Source: Thermoanaerobaculia bacterium (GTDB lineage Bacteria; Acidobacteriota; Thermoanaerobaculia; Multivoradales; UBA5704). Taken from it: 64,000 bases of DNA. The translations under genes and the position numbers were made by a program. Of the stretch, positions 28,206-38,921 are shown piece by piece (position 1 is the stretch's first letter; each line of letters begins with the position of its first letter). The notes under the pieces were generated by a model. The model did not search any database. It worked only from the letters and a program-made list of their open reading frames with translations, and was not told the origin of the DNA. Location of the stretch: contig JBGAGQ010000004.1 of the NCBI GenBank assembly GCA_044226625.1, positions 32,001 through 96,000 on the forward strand. Reading direction: 5' to 3'.

Positions 28206-29350
28206 GGCGTCGGCTCTTTCGCCGTGCTCTCGGCGTCCTTCGGGCTGTCCGGGTTCTCCCGACTCGGCTCAGGCGTGGCGACGGCGGCCAGCGCATCCCC
28301 TTCCGCGAGCAAGGCGGCACCCGCGACCACGACCCGGTCGCCTGGCGAAAGGCCGCGCAGGATCTCCACCCGTCCGCCGCCGCGTGCGCCCGTTTCGACC
28401 GCCTGGCGGTGGGCGATGAGGCGCCCACGGGCCCTTTCGGCGACGAACAACGCACCCCCACCTTCCGCCAGCACCAGGGCCTCTTCGGGGACCGTGAGCG
28501 CTTGGTCGTGCCGGTCGAGCAAGACGCGGATCTCCACCCCTTCTCCCGGCGCCGGCAGACCCGTCGGGTTTTCCACTCCGATTACCAGGGCGACGGTTCC
28601 GCCGGCGTCGACCATCGGCGCCACCTCGAGCACGCGGCCCGAGCCGGTTTCCTCCTTTCCCGATCCGCTCAAAAAGCGCACGGCGAGCCCCGGATGCAAG
28701 CGGTCGCGATCGGCCGCCGCCGCGCGCCCCTCGACGCGTAACGCGCCGTCGGCGGCGACGCGCCCGAGGACGCTTCCCGCGGCGACCTCCGATCCCGGCA
28801 CGATGGGTTCCGAAATCACGAGGCGACCGGACAGCGGAGCCGTGAGCGACAGGCGACCGAGCCGGTTTTCCGCAGCGGCGAGGCGACCTCGGGCGAGATC
28901 GAGCTCAGCTTTGTAGGCGGCGAGCGTCACCGCCGGCTCGACCCCAGCATCGAAGGCCCGCTGGTGGCGCGCCACTTCCGACTCGGCGCCCCGAACCTTG
29001 AGGCGTGCCTCGGCGAGATCCGCCTCGACATCGCCGAGCGAAATGCGGGCGAGCACCTCCCCCTTCCTCACCTCAGCCCCGGTTGCCAGCCCGCCGGCGA
29101 ATCGCCCTGGATACGACAGCCGGCCGGCCAGGGGCACCGTCACCTCGGCCATCCCCCCCGGCCTCACCACACCGAGCAGCGAAAGTTCCGGCTCGAAGGT
29201 CGTGCGTCGGGCGACCTCCAACCTCACCGGAGCCGGCGGCGCCTCCTCGGAAGGTGGCGCGGGAGCCCGGCCGCAGGCGGCGAGGAGGATCAGCGCACAG
29301 AATCCGAGGGCACCAACGCGGGGGCGGGTTTTCATCGCAATCTCCGTCAT
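28202..29350 (-). CDS. RND periplasmic adaptor (MFP), lipoprotein
   Basis: Lipobox LLAAC, VRKGEVLARI, LTAPLSG, VPEEAL, VEILRGLSPGDRVV; ATGA overlap with upstream gene. Confidence 0.88.
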   Translation of the reverse strand: MTEIAMKTRPRVGALGFCALILLAACGRAPAPPSEEAPPAPVRLEVARRTTFEPELSLLGVVRPGGMAEVTVPLAGRLSYPGRFAGGLATGAEVRKGEVLARISLGDVEADLAEARLKVRGAESEVARHQRAFDAGVEPAVTLAAYKAELDLARGRLAAAENRLGRLSLTAPLSGRLVISEPIVPGSEVAAGSVLGRVAADGALRVEGRAAAADRDRLHPGLAVRFLSGSGKEETGSGRVLEVAPMVDAGGTVALVIGVENPTGLPAPGEGVEIRVLLDRHDQALTVPEEALVLAEGGGALFVAERARGRLIAHRQAVETGARGGGRVEILRGLSPGDRVVVAGAALLAEGDALAAVATPEPSRENPDSPKDAESTAKEPTP

Positions 29351-30042
29351 GACACGAGGGTCTCCGGCCGGCGCAAGCGACGGCGGGCGTAGAGGAAGAA
29401 GATCGAAGCGGCACCGAGGAGCACGATCGAATCGCCGAGAAAGGCGAGCGATTCCTCCCCGCCGGCGACCCAACCGTTCCAGACCGCGAAATGCCGGTCG
29501 GGGATCGGGTTCGAGAAGAACCAACGCGAGAAGGCGAGCACCGTCCCCATCGACGCGAGCCAGACCGCCCCGCCGCTCTTCGTGCGCACCGCCCAGAACA
29601 GCGCCACCGCGGCGAGGAACAACGAGACGATCGCGACCTTGACGAGCGCCGGCAGGAGCGGGAAACCGGTTCCCCCTTCGAACAGCCAGTCGAGCCCCAG
29701 AAGCAGCCATCCCTGGGCGCAGAGCACACTGGCCACCGCCGCCGCCCGACGAAGGAAGTACGCCTCAGCCGCCGGGGTGGTGAGCGCGAGATCGAGGCAG
29801 CCGGCCCGCCGCTCGACCTCGACGATGCCGGACAGCGCCGGCAGACCGAGCAGCAGGAACGGCGGCAGGACGACCCCCGACCAGACCGCCGCCGGCTCGT
29901 CCCCGTCGCCAAGCAACATCGACAGGAGCGCGGCCAGGATCACCAAACCATCGACCACCGCAAAGAGGACGAGACGGCGGCCGAGCAGCAGCTCGAGCGA
30001 CGACCGAAAACTCGCGAATCGGCTTCTCAATTGGCGCCGCAT
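29347..30042 (-). CDS. ABC-2-type permease-like membrane protein
   Basis: ~6 TM segments, EVERRAGCLDLALTTP ABC-2 motif. Confidence 0.7.
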   Translation of the reverse strand: MRRQLRSRFASFRSSLELLLGRRLVLFAVVDGLVILAALLSMLLGDGDEPAAVWSGVVLPPFLLLGLPALSGIVEVERRAGCLDLALTTPAAEAYFLRRAAAVASVLCAQGWLLLGLDWLFEGGTGFPLLPALVKVAIVSLFLAAVALFWAVRTKSGGAVWLASMGTVLAFSRWFFSNPIPDRHFAVWNGWVAGGEESLAFLGDSIVLLGAASIFFLYARRRLRRPETLVS

Positions 30043-32901
30043 CTAACGCACTCCGTTGAAATAGACCCGGTCGCGCGGCACGCCCTTCCGGACCAGGCGA
30101 TGGCATTCCTGATCGGGATCGAGGAAGACCCCTTGCGGCCTGTGGCTGGAGGTGAACGCGAACGACGCGCGGGTGCCCGTCTCGGTCCGCACCTCGGTTT
30201 CCGCCGGCCCGAGATCGGTCGTGAGCACGAGGCGACAGATCGACTCGCCGTCACCCAGATTGTGGACCTGCCCGGTAACGCGCCAACCGCCCCCAGCCGG
30301 CTGGAGGACCACCTCTTCGAGCACCAGCTCGGGAAGACGGCCGGCGACGAAGAAATCGCGGATCATCGGCCGGACGTCGCGCTCGCTCCGGCGCTCCAGA
30401 ATCGCCGCCAGCTCGGCGAATCTCGCCGGGGTTTCGGCGTGGGCGGGTCCCGGCGCGAGCAGCTCCTCGATCGAGGCGCGAAGCGCCTCGGCTCCAGCTC
30501 GCCGGCCGAGCGCCGAAACCAGGGCTGGGAAGCGGTCCTGCCAATACGAGTAGTTCTTCGGATCGAGGGCTGCGTCGTGGACCGCGTCCATCCGCCCGAG
30601 GGGTAGAGGCCCCACGACGGCGCCGGAAGGCGATCCCAACCCGAGACGCTCGAGCACCAGGGTCCGTAGGAGCTGGCGGAAAAACAGCGACTCCTCCGGT
30701 GCGAACCGTCGCCGCCGCAGCAGGCGCGAAGTGACGATCTCCGCCGCCAAACGCTCCGGCGGCAGAGGCTCCGTTCCGATCAGGTCCACCTCTCGGACGA
30801 AGGCAAGGTTGCCCGCGACCCCGATCCACGAATCGTAAGGATCGCGCCAGCGATTGGTGAGCAGGCTCTGATGGTTCCTTTCATGGACCCCCTCGTCGGG
30901 CCATTCGAGGAGGATCAAGCCACCTCGACCCGTGGCTTCGCGCGAGCCGCCCCCGGGCCACGCCTCTTCCATTCGCTGCGCGCTGCCGGCGAGCGAGCCG
31001 AGATGGAGCTCCCCCGGCGCCCGATGGGCCGGGAACACGGCGACCGCGATTCCGCTCCCGGCCGGTCGCGAACCCGCTGCATCCGACAACAGGCGCTGCC
31101 GCCCACCACGAACCGTAAGCTCGGCGAGTGGGAGCGTGCAGGCGCTTTCGAGCCGCCCGTCGCGACCGCCTTGCTCGGAGCTGCGCCCTTCCGGATCGGC
31201 GAGGCCGCCACAGCTGTCCGCGACGAGCAGGCCGCGCGGCACCCCGAGCGATACCGACAGCCGCGTGGCGGGGAAGAAGACCTCCGGCGGAGGGTTTCCG
31301 TCGGCGTCCGGCGCGAAGCTCGAATAGCGCGGAACGGGAGTGAGAGCCTCGGCCGGAAGATCGATCCTCACGCCGGAGACCGCGGGAACCTCGTAGCTCC
31401 AGGAGAGATCGTAGCGATCGTGCCCGAGGCGGACTTTCCGGTTCCGGTCGAAAGCGTGCGCGAACGAGGCGAGATCTCCCCCCTGCCAGGGAGGAAGGTT
31501 GAACTTTGGCGCCCCGGGGCGCCCCTGGATCTCGAACCGCAGCTCGCGGGAACCCCCGGGCGGAATCGGCGGATCGACCTCCGCTTCGAGCCGGTCCCAG
31601 GACCGCCGCAGCCGCACCGTCCCCCGGTCCGCCGAAGCCGCCCGCACGGCGACCTCGGGGTTCAGCGAAAGCGCGAGACGCCGCTCGGGCTTTCGGCCGT
31701 CGTTCCTGAGCACGCCGCGGACGGACACCTCCATCCACCCCTGCCGGCCGAACGCCCCCTCGATCCGCCAGCTCTCCGGCGCGAGCGTCACCGCGGTGGG
31801 CGCCGGCCAGGCGGAGGTCTCGGTCCGATAGCGCCGCGCACCGAGCGCGTCGTAGCCGAGCCAGCGCTCCGTTTCGAGCGCGACGGCCCCGGCCGCGAGG
31901 GCAAGGGCCAAACCGAGCAGGGTGAGGTCCGCCGGTCCTGGCGCCGGGTCGGGCGTATACCGCTCGCGCAGCCGGCCGAACGAGACGAGGAAATTGCGCA
32001 GCGGATGGTCCATCTTGACCGCGCGCGGCGGCACGTCCGGCCGGGTTCGGCGCAGGTAGAGCGTCGCCACCCCAAGCGAGGTCGCGGCGGCCGCCCAGAG
32101 CAGGAGCCCCTGCGCGAGGCTTTGCTCGAACGCGGTCGACGCGTCGAACCCCGCCTCGCTCTCAGGAAGTGGGAAGAGCCAGTTCCACCGGTCGTCCCCC
32201 TCCTGGAACGACTTGACCATCAGGAGCGTCGTCCAGCGCGCGGACACGACGTCCAGGAGCCCGAGCGGCGCGGCGAAGCGCATTCCGAACCGGTTCAAGA
32301 TCTCGTTGCCCGCCGCCGGAACGGCGCCGAAGGTCACCAGAAGCAGGAGGAAGACCTCCGCCGCCGAGCCACCGATCGTTCCCACGCCGAGCGCGAGAGC
32401 CGCGCTCGATGCGGCGAGCGGCGCCACGTGGAGCGCCCACGGCCCGACGAACCGCACCGGGGAAAAGAGTGTCCAGCGCTCCGCCCAGCCGGCGCCTCCG
32501 CCGTCGAACAGGGCGATGCCGGCGGCCACGACGAGCGGCAGCGCGGTGAGCGGCAGCACGATCGCAAGCAGCGACACATAGCGCCGGAGCAGGTATCCAG
32601 CGTTGCTCAAGCCTGAGAGCGTCGCCGTGGTCCATGCTCCGGTGGCGCGTTCCCGGCCGATGCCGTCCATCGCCAAGAGGAAGGCGAGGAGCGCTGAGCA
32701 AAGCGGCAGCACGCCGAGCGTCGCGCTCGCGTAGGTGGCGCTCCCTATGACGTAGTCGAGATGCGGGCGGCGCAGGTGGATCGCTACCGCCGGGACCGAG
32801 CCGAGCAGCAGGAATCCGACGGCGAAAGCGCGCACGCGGAGCGAGCGCCGCGCGATACGCAGCTCGTGACCTAAGAACGCTTGGAGCGTCGCCCCTTTCA
32901 C
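30043..32901 (-). CDS. ABC-2 permease fused to M1-aminopeptidase-like ectodomain lacking HEXXH
   Basis: N-terminal TMs with GRERATGAW motif; large soluble region ending in M1-like PMIRDFFVAGRLPEL...VFLDPD; LAAEIVTSR in place of HEXXH. Confidence 0.7.
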   Translation of the reverse strand: MKGATLQAFLGHELRIARRSLRVRAFAVGFLLLGSVPAVAIHLRRPHLDYVIGSATYASATLGVLPLCSALLAFLLAMDGIGRERATGAWTTATLSGLSNAGYLLRRYVSLLAIVLPLTALPLVVAAGIALFDGGGAGWAERWTLFSPVRFVGPWALHVAPLAASSAALALGVGTIGGSAAEVFLLLLVTFGAVPAAGNEILNRFGMRFAAPLGLLDVVSARWTTLLMVKSFQEGDDRWNWLFPLPESEAGFDASTAFEQSLAQGLLLWAAAATSLGVATLYLRRTRPDVPPRAVKMDHPLRNFLVSFGRLRERYTPDPAPGPADLTLLGLALALAAGAVALETERWLGYDALGARRYRTETSAWPAPTAVTLAPESWRIEGAFGRQGWMEVSVRGVLRNDGRKPERRLALSLNPEVAVRAASADRGTVRLRRSWDRLEAEVDPPIPPGGSRELRFEIQGRPGAPKFNLPPWQGGDLASFAHAFDRNRKVRLGHDRYDLSWSYEVPAVSGVRIDLPAEALTPVPRYSSFAPDADGNPPPEVFFPATRLSVSLGVPRGLLVADSCGGLADPEGRSSEQGGRDGRLESACTLPLAELTVRGGRQRLLSDAAGSRPAGSGIAVAVFPAHRAPGELHLGSLAGSAQRMEEAWPGGGSREATGRGGLILLEWPDEGVHERNHQSLLTNRWRDPYDSWIGVAGNLAFVREVDLIGTEPLPPERLAAEIVTSRLLRRRRFAPEESLFFRQLLRTLVLERLGLGSPSGAVVGPLPLGRMDAVHDAALDPKNYSYWQDRFPALVSALGRRAGAEALRASIEELLAPGPAHAETPARFAELAAILERRSERDVRPMIRDFFVAGRLPELVLEEVVLQPAGGGWRVTGQVHNLGDGESICRLVLTTDLGPAETEVRTETGTRASFAFTSSHRPQGVFLDPDQECHRLVRKGVPRDRVYFNGVR

Positions 32902-33809
32902 TCCGACATCCCATTCATCTCGTCCGAGGCTCCGCTGTCCGCCAGACCGCGAAGCGCGAGAAACGCGCCGTACGCCTCTTCAAGGCCGGCCGGCCGCGGC
33001 GCGGCGCCTTCGATCGGCGTCTCGGAGTAGACCACCCGCTCGATCGCGCCGAGCCGATCGGCGCGATGCGTGACCTCCACCGCCTCCGGCGGAAGCGGTA
33101 TCCCCACGGGGAGACGGAAAAGGCGGCCGTTCGCCCCCTCGAGTAAGCGGGTTGGCGTGCCGTCGAAAAGCAGGCGACCTCTACCGATCACCACCAAGCG
33201 CGGGCATGTGGCCTCGACGTCCTCGACGATGTGGGTCGACAAGAGCACGGCGGTCTTCTCGGCCACCTCGGCGATCAGGGTGCGGAAGCGAATCCGCTCC
33301 TCCGGATCGAGCCCGGCGGTCGGCTCGTCGACCACCAGCAAGCGCGGAGAGTGAATGATCGCCTGCGCCACGCCGAGACGACGCTGCATGCCGCCCGAGT
33401 ACTCGATCGCTCGCCGGTCTGCGGCCTCGGCGAGCCCCACCGCGGCCAGCAGATCGCGCACCCTGCGTTCGAGGGCGCGCCGGTCGAGCGGCACGCCGCG
33501 TAGGCGGGCGAGGTGATGCAGATACTCACGCCCGGAGAGACCGGCGAGCGGTCGGTAGTCTTGCGGCAGATACCCGATCGAGGCGCGGATCGCCGGCCTC
33601 GAGCGCGCCCGCGCGGCGTCCAGACCGTCGTAGACGCGCCGTCCGGCTGTCGGCTCGAGGGCAAGCACCAGCATCGACAGGAACGTCGTCTTGCCGGCGC
33701 CGTTCGGGCCCAGCAGGCCGACCATCCCGCGATCCAGACGCAGGTCGACGCCGCGTAGCGCCTGCGTGCCGTCCGCATACGTCTTTTGAAGCCCCACCAG
33801 CTTGATCAC
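32898..33809 (-). CDS. ABC transporter ATP-binding protein
   Basis: GPNGAGKTT, YSGGMQRR, VVDEPTAGLD, LSTH. Confidence 0.95.
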   Translation of the reverse strand: MIKLVGLQKTYADGTQALRGVDLRLDRGMVGLLGPNGAGKTTFLSMLVLALEPTAGRRVYDGLDAARARSRPAIRASIGYLPQDYRPLAGLSGREYLHHLARLRGVPLDRRALERRVRDLLAAVGLAEAADRRAIEYSGGMQRRLGVAQAIIHSPRLLVVDEPTAGLDPEERIRFRTLIAEVAEKTAVLLSTHIVEDVEATCPRLVVIGRGRLLFDGTPTRLLEGANGRLFRLPVGIPLPPEAVEVTHRADRLGAIERVVYSETPIEGAAPRPAGLEEAYGAFLALRGLADSGASDEMNGMSE

Positions 33810-33935
33810 CGATGCGTCGCCTCCGGCTCGACTGCGTGCATCAGTGTACTACGGTCCTGATACGCCTGATGTTTGGAAATTCCACAACCGAGATCGGCGA
33901 AGACCGCCGGCCCGGTCAGAACACACTAGAAACCG

Positions 33936-34796
33936 CTAGGGGTGATCGAGGTGGGAGAGAGCGCTCGCCGTCGGCAGGGCGACGCTCGAGCCTTCCTGTG
34001 CGAACTGCGGCTCGTCTGCGGCGCAATGACTGGGACGGAGCACGGCGAAGGGATTGATCGGCTGGCCAAGCCAGGAGGACCTCTCTTCGGGCAGCCGATA
34101 GATCGCGAAATGCAGGTGGGGAGACCCCTTCGGCGCGTTGCCCGAGGTGCCGACATAGCCGATCACCTGACCCCGCTCGACGGCCTGGCCGGCGGCGAGC
34201 CCCGGAGCGTAGCGCTCGAGGTGGGCGTAGTAGTACGCGTACTGGCCCGTCGGGTCGAGCTGATAGAGGGTGATGCCGCCGAGGCGGTTGTAGGTGAGCT
34301 TGACGATCGTGCCGTCTTCGATCGCCAGGATCGGTGTGTTGCGCGGCGCCATGATGTCGATCGCATGGTGCGTCCGGCCGCCGCTCCGCCGCTGGACGAA
34401 AGAATCGCGCAGCTGACTGCGGACGATCCCCAGCACGGGGATCAACAGCGACTTTCGCGCGAGATCGGGATCGTTCGGCAGGTCGGGAAAGCAGAGGGAG
34501 GCGGGGGCGGCGGGAGGTTCAGCAAGGGGCGCGACTTCCGGAGCGGGGATCGCTTCCGGAGCGATTTGCGACTCCTCGGGCGGCGCTTCAGAGAGGTTCG
34601 TTCCCACGGGGGCGTCGCCGCTTGGCGGCAGCAGCACCACCGAGCCCGTGGCCTCGAGATCACCGGGAGCGGCCGAGGTCTCCTGGGAGAGCGCTGGGAC
34701 CGTCGAGTAGAGCGTCGCGCAAAGCACGGTCGCGCATACGGCGAAAATGGGCCGCAAGATGCCTAGTGGCGAGGTGAATTTCGTCCTTTCGGGCAT
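33936..34796 (-). CDS. Secreted M23-family metallopeptidase
   Basis: Signal peptide; HHAIDI (HxxxD), YYAHL, PHLHF (HxH). Confidence 0.9.
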   Translation of the reverse strand: MPERTKFTSPLGILRPIFAVCATVLCATLYSTVPALSQETSAAPGDLEATGSVVLLPPSGDAPVGTNLSEAPPEESQIAPEAIPAPEVAPLAEPPAAPASLCFPDLPNDPDLARKSLLIPVLGIVRSQLRDSFVQRRSGGRTHHAIDIMAPRNTPILAIEDGTIVKLTYNRLGGITLYQLDPTGQYAYYYAHLERYAPGLAAGQAVERGQVIGYVGTSGNAPKGSPHLHFAIYRLPEERSSWLGQPINPFAVLRPSHCAADEPQFAQEGSSVALPTASALSHLDHP

Positions 34797-34995
34797 TTCG
34801 AGGGCTCGCCCTACCGTTTTCCGGCGAGGCGCGGATCATACCCGACGTCGCGATTCGGTCAACCCGACCGATTGGGCAGGGTCCGAAACGCCGAGGGTCG
34901 ATGCGCGGTGCCGGCGCGGATGAAGCGTGGCCCCAAGCGTGGCCTGCGCATGGAAGAATGACGAGAATCGCACGACCTCCCACGAGGCCTCTCCG

Positions 34996-36204
34996 ATGAC
35001 CGAACCCCTCACCCAGCAGCGCATCTCACGCAACTTCTTCGTCTTCATCCTGATCGCGACGACCGCGTTCTTCTTCTACATGGTTCGGGATTTCCTGATC
35101 CCGGTCCTACTCGCGGCGGTCGTATGTACCCTGCTCGCGCCGACCTACGACGCCCTGGTGCGCAAGACGAAAGGGCGCCGAGCCCTCTCGGCCTTCCTCT
35201 GCTGCCTGCTGGTGGCGATCGGCCTGGTGGCGCCGTTTTACTGGGTCGGAAATCTGGTCGCTCATGAGGCGCTCGACTTCTACAACTCCTCGGAGGGGCA
35301 GGTCCGCAACTTCTTCGAGCAAGGGGACGCCGGCCCTCTCGGCGCACTCAAGCGCTCGGCCTGGGTTCGCGACCTCCACCTCGACCAGTTCGACTGGCGC
35401 ACCGGCGCGCAGGACGTGGCGAAGACCGCCGGGACCTTTCTAGCGAACGTGATCAAGGTGACGTCCTCTGGGACGATCCAAGTGTTCGTCCTGCTCTTTC
35501 TCACCCTGTTCACGATGTTCTACTTCTTCCGGGACAGCCAGAAGCTGGTCCCCCGGCTGAAATACCTGGTCCCCCTTCCCGAGGATCATCTCGAAGCGAT
35601 CATCGCCCGCTTCTCCTCCGTCGCGCGGGCGACCATGAAGGGCACGCTGGTGATCGCCCTCGTCCAGGGGAGCCTCGCCGGCCTCACCCTCTGGGCGTTC
35701 GGCATCGACGGGGCGATCCTCTGGGGGGTGGTGACGACCATCCTGTCGATCCTCCCCGTCGTCGGCGCCTGGCTGGTTCTCTATCCCGCCGCGGTCTTCC
35801 AGCTCCTCACAGGCCATGTCTGGCAGGGGATCGCGATCATCATTCTCACGACGGTGGTGATCGGCAACATCGACAACTTCATCCGCCCCCGTTTAGTCGG
35901 CCAGGAGGCGGGGATGCATGACCTCATGGTCTTCTTTTCGACCCTGGGCGGCATCGCGGTGTTCGGCGCGATGGGGTTCATCGTCGGCCCGGTGGTGGCC
36001 GCCCTGTTTCTCGCGGTGCTGGAGATCTATGCCGTCGAGTTCAAGGACGTGCTCGACGGGCTGAACGTCTCGCGCGGAGAGCCCACGGCCGATCAACCGT
36101 CGGGCCAACTCTCGCCCCAACTGACGAATCCAATCGCGGATCAACCGTCGGACGAAGCGCCGGTTCAGGCGTCGACCGCTGGGGCGAAGCGCTCCGAGGG
36201 ATAG
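34996..36204 (+). CDS. AI-2E family transporter
   Basis: Multiple TMs, [27 protein letters not shown]. Confidence 0.9.
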   Translation: MTEPLTQQRISRNFFVFILIATTAFFFYMVRDFLIPVLLAAVVCTLLAPTYDALVRKTKGRRALSAFLCCLLVAIGLVAPFYWVGNLVAHEALDFYNSSEGQVRNFFEQGDAGPLGALKRSAWVRDLHLDQFDWRTGAQDVAKTAGTFLANVIKVTSSGTIQVFVLLFLTLFTMFYFFRDSQKLVPRLKYLVPLPEDHLEAIIARFSSVARATMKGTLVIALVQGSLAGLTLWAFGIDGAILWGVVTTILSILPVVGAWLVLYPAAVFQLLTGHVWQGIAIIILTTVVIGNIDNFIRPRLVGQEAGMHDLMVFFSTLGGIAVFGAMGFIVGPVVAALFLAVLEIYAVEFKDVLDGLNVSRGEPTADQPSGQLSPQLTNPIADQPSDEAPVQASTAGAKRSEG

Positions 36205-37808
36205 ATCACCACCCGGCGGAACGGCTCGTCCCCCTGGCTCCGGGAGGCGAGGCCGGAGTGGGCGATCACCTCGTGCTGCAGGCGGCGCTGGTGGCTCGCG
36301 CGCGGCGGCAGCTCGACCGCGCGCCCGGTCTCTAGAACCTCGTCGATGCCGGTCTCTACCTCCTGCAGAACCTCGTCCTCGGTCCCCTCCTCCTCTTCGT
36401 CGAGGCCGAAGACGTCGCGCAGGAAGATCTCGATCTGCGCTTGGGTATTGGTGCGCACGACCCCGATGGGCAAACCACGTTCGGCCGCTTCCCGGAGCTT
36501 TTTCGGCTGGCGCCGCTCCTGCCCCTTGAGCGCCACCACCAGATCCGCGTCGTCGAGATCGTCGACCAGCACCACCGGCACCCGCAGCTTCCGCAGCGCG
36601 CGCTCGATCTTGCTGCGCGAGACGGCGTAGGAGAATAGCTTCCGCGTGCGGCTCTTCACCGGCCGCCCGGGCCAGGCGGCCCCGGACCTTGCTGGCGACA
36701 CCGAGCGCGCACCGGAATCCGCGGCAACGCGTGCGGCGGGTAGGACGAACGCGGGCGCTCCCGAAGAGCTACCGGCCGCCGCGCCGCTCAGACCGACAGT
36801 CCCCGCCGACGCCGTTTCGACGTCGTAGCCGTCCGCCGTCCGAACCCGGACCTCTGGGCGGGCGGGGATATGGCGCAGCAGGCGATCGACGACCTCGGCC
36901 ACGTCGCGATGGACCGCGAGGCGGTCCTTGTCCTGGATCTCGATCAACACGTCGAACGTGGGAGGCGCCTTCCTCTCGAGCACCGTCTTCTGGGTGCCGC
37001 GGCGGCGCGCCTCCTCGTCCGACAGGGTGACCGCCTGGATGCCACCGACCAGGTCGGCGAGAGTCGGATTCTGCAGCAGGTTTTCGAGAGCGTTGCCGTG
37101 GGCGGTCGCGACCAGCTGAACCCCGCGTTCCGCGATCGTTCGCGCCGCGGCCGCCTCGGCTGACGTGCCGATCTCGTCGATCACGATGACCTGCGGCATG
37201 TGGTTCTCGACCGCCTCGATCATCACCGCGTGCTGCTCGGCGGGCGTCGGCACCTGCATCCGCCGCGCGCGGCCGATGCCGGGGTGCGGAATGTCGCCGT
37301 CGCCGGCGATCTCGTTCGAGGTGTCGACCACGACCACCCGCCGTCCCAGGTGGTCGGCGAGCACGCGCGCCGCCTCGCGCAGGAGGGTGGTCTTCCCCAC
37401 CCCGGGACGGCCGAGGAGTAGGACGGAGCGATCCGACTCGATAACGTCTCGCACGACGTCGATCGTGCCGTAGACCGCGCGGCCGACGCGGCAGGTGAGA
37501 CCCACGACACCGCCACTCCGGTTGCGCAGGGCCGAGATCCGATGGAGCGTGCGCTCGATCCCCGCCCGGTTGTCGGCACCGAACTTCCCCAGCCGCTCGA
37601 CCACGTGCGCGAGATCGGCGCGCGAGACCGGCTCGGAGCCGAGATCCTCGCCGCCACTGGGGAAACGGGCCTCCGGCAGCCGACCGAGGTCGAGCACCAC
37701 CTCGAGGAGCCGATCGAGGTCCGGCCGCGTCTCGAGCACCGCGCGCACCGAGAACGGCAGGATGCCCAGCAGGAGGTCGAGGTCGTCGGTCGCGGTCACT
37801 TCTGCCAA
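36165..37808 (-). CDS. Ycf45/SpoIIIAA-like AAA ATPase with C-terminal R3H domain
   Basis: [45 protein letters not shown]; TTG start at 37808 after AGGAAA. Confidence 0.88.
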   Translation of the reverse strand: MAEVTATDDLDLLLGILPFSVRAVLETRPDLDRLLEVVLDLGRLPEARFPSGGEDLGSEPVSRADLAHVVERLGKFGADNRAGIERTLHRISALRNRSGGVVGLTCRVGRAVYGTIDVVRDVIESDRSVLLLGRPGVGKTTLLREAARVLADHLGRRVVVVDTSNEIAGDGDIPHPGIGRARRMQVPTPAEQHAVMIEAVENHMPQVIVIDEIGTSAEAAAARTIAERGVQLVATAHGNALENLLQNPTLADLVGGIQAVTLSDEEARRRGTQKTVLERKAPPTFDVLIEIQDKDRLAVHRDVAEVVDRLLRHIPARPEVRVRTADGYDVETASAGTVGLSGAAAGSSSGAPAFVLPAARVAADSGARSVSPARSGAAWPGRPVKSRTRKLFSYAVSRSKIERALRKLRVPVVLVDDLDDADLVVALKGQERRQPKKLREAAERGLPIGVVRTNTQAQIEIFLRDVFGLDEEEEGTEDEVLQEVETGIDEVLETGRAVELPPRASHQRRLQHEVIAHSGLASRSQGDEPFRRVVIYPSERFAPAVDA

Positions 37809-37969
37809 ATGCGTTTTCCTTTCTCCGCCTACTGTAACTTCGGCGCCCGTTCGAACGTAAGGCTCAGAAAGCTCCGTTAGAGAGCTCAGCCGCCGACCCA
37901 GCCATCGGAACGAGCGCCCGGCGGCTCTTTGCGATTCCACTCGCGACTCAACGAACGAGGGCCCCTCTC

Positions 37970-38824
37970 ATGCCAACACGAAATCTACGCCACCTGTTCC
38001 TTTGCGCCGCGCTGCCCTTGATCGCGACGGTGCCCGCCGCCGCTGAAACGGTCCACAAAGTCGTCTCCGGCGTCTACCGGCTCGCGCCGGGCGGCACGCT
38101 GGACCTTTCGAACGTCAACGGCTCGATCACGATCGAGGCCTGGGATCGTTCGGAGATCGAAGTACGCGCCGACAAGATCGCCAAGTCCCCGAACGAGGAC
38201 GAGGCGAACAAGGCGCTCCAACGGCTCAAGGTTTTCGTCGACTCCAAGCCGAGCCGTCTGCGGGTCGAGGCGAAGTTCCCCCACCAGCACAACGGCGTGC
38301 TCGGCTGGCTTTCCGGCCGAAACGTCGAGACGAAGGTCGAGTTCAAGGTCCACATCCCGCGCGAGGTCAATCTGGAGATCGAAAACGTGAACGGCGCGAT
38401 CTCGCTGACCGGCGGCAAAGGGGAGATCTCGCTCGTGACGGTAAATGGCGGCGTGACGGCCAGCGATGCCCAAGGAAACGTGAAGCTCGAGTCGACGAAC
38501 GGCGGAATCGAGGCGGTCCGAACCCGGGGCGTGCTCTCCGCCGCGACGATCAACGGCAGGGTCGAGGCGCAGCTGATCGAGCTCGGCGCGGGCAAGATCT
38601 CGCTCGAGTCGACCAACGGCGGGATCTCCTTGGAGCTCCCCGCCTCCGCGCGAGCGAACCTTTCCGCCTCGACCACGAACGGACACGTCTCCTGCGACTT
38701 CGAGGTCGACGGTACGAAGAAGAGGAGCCGCATCGAGGGGACGTTGAACGGCGGCGGGCCCGAGATCGAGCTCGACACGGTCAACGGCTCGATCTCGATC
38801 AGCGAGCTCTCCGCCGGGAGCTAG
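37970..38824 (+). CDS. DUF4097 family beta-strand repeat (adhesin-like) protein
   Basis: Signal peptide; repeated (S/T/N)xNGxI motifs. Confidence 0.85.
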   Translation: MPTRNLRHLFLCAALPLIATVPAAAETVHKVVSGVYRLAPGGTLDLSNVNGSITIEAWDRSEIEVRADKIAKSPNEDEANKALQRLKVFVDSKPSRLRVEAKFPHQHNGVLGWLSGRNVETKVEFKVHIPREVNLEIENVNGAISLTGGKGEISLVTVNGGVTASDAQGNVKLESTNGGIEAVRTRGVLSAATINGRVEAQLIELGAGKISLESTNGGISLELPASARANLSASTTNGHVSCDFEVDGTKKRSRIEGTLNGGGPEIELDTVNGSISISELSAGS

Positions 38825-38883
38825 GCCCGGAAAAGGCGGGTGGAGAGAACCGACTTGGGTTGTCAGGGACTCAACCGGTCGGC

Positions 38884-38912
38884 TTGACAGGCCTCGGCGC
38901 CCTAGCTAGCGT
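38884..38912 (+). promoter_or_regulatory. Sigma70 promoter, near-leaderless
   Basis: TTGACA-N17-TAGCGT, 9 nt before ATG 38922. Confidence 0.55.
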
Positions 38913-38921
38913 CGAGGCCCC

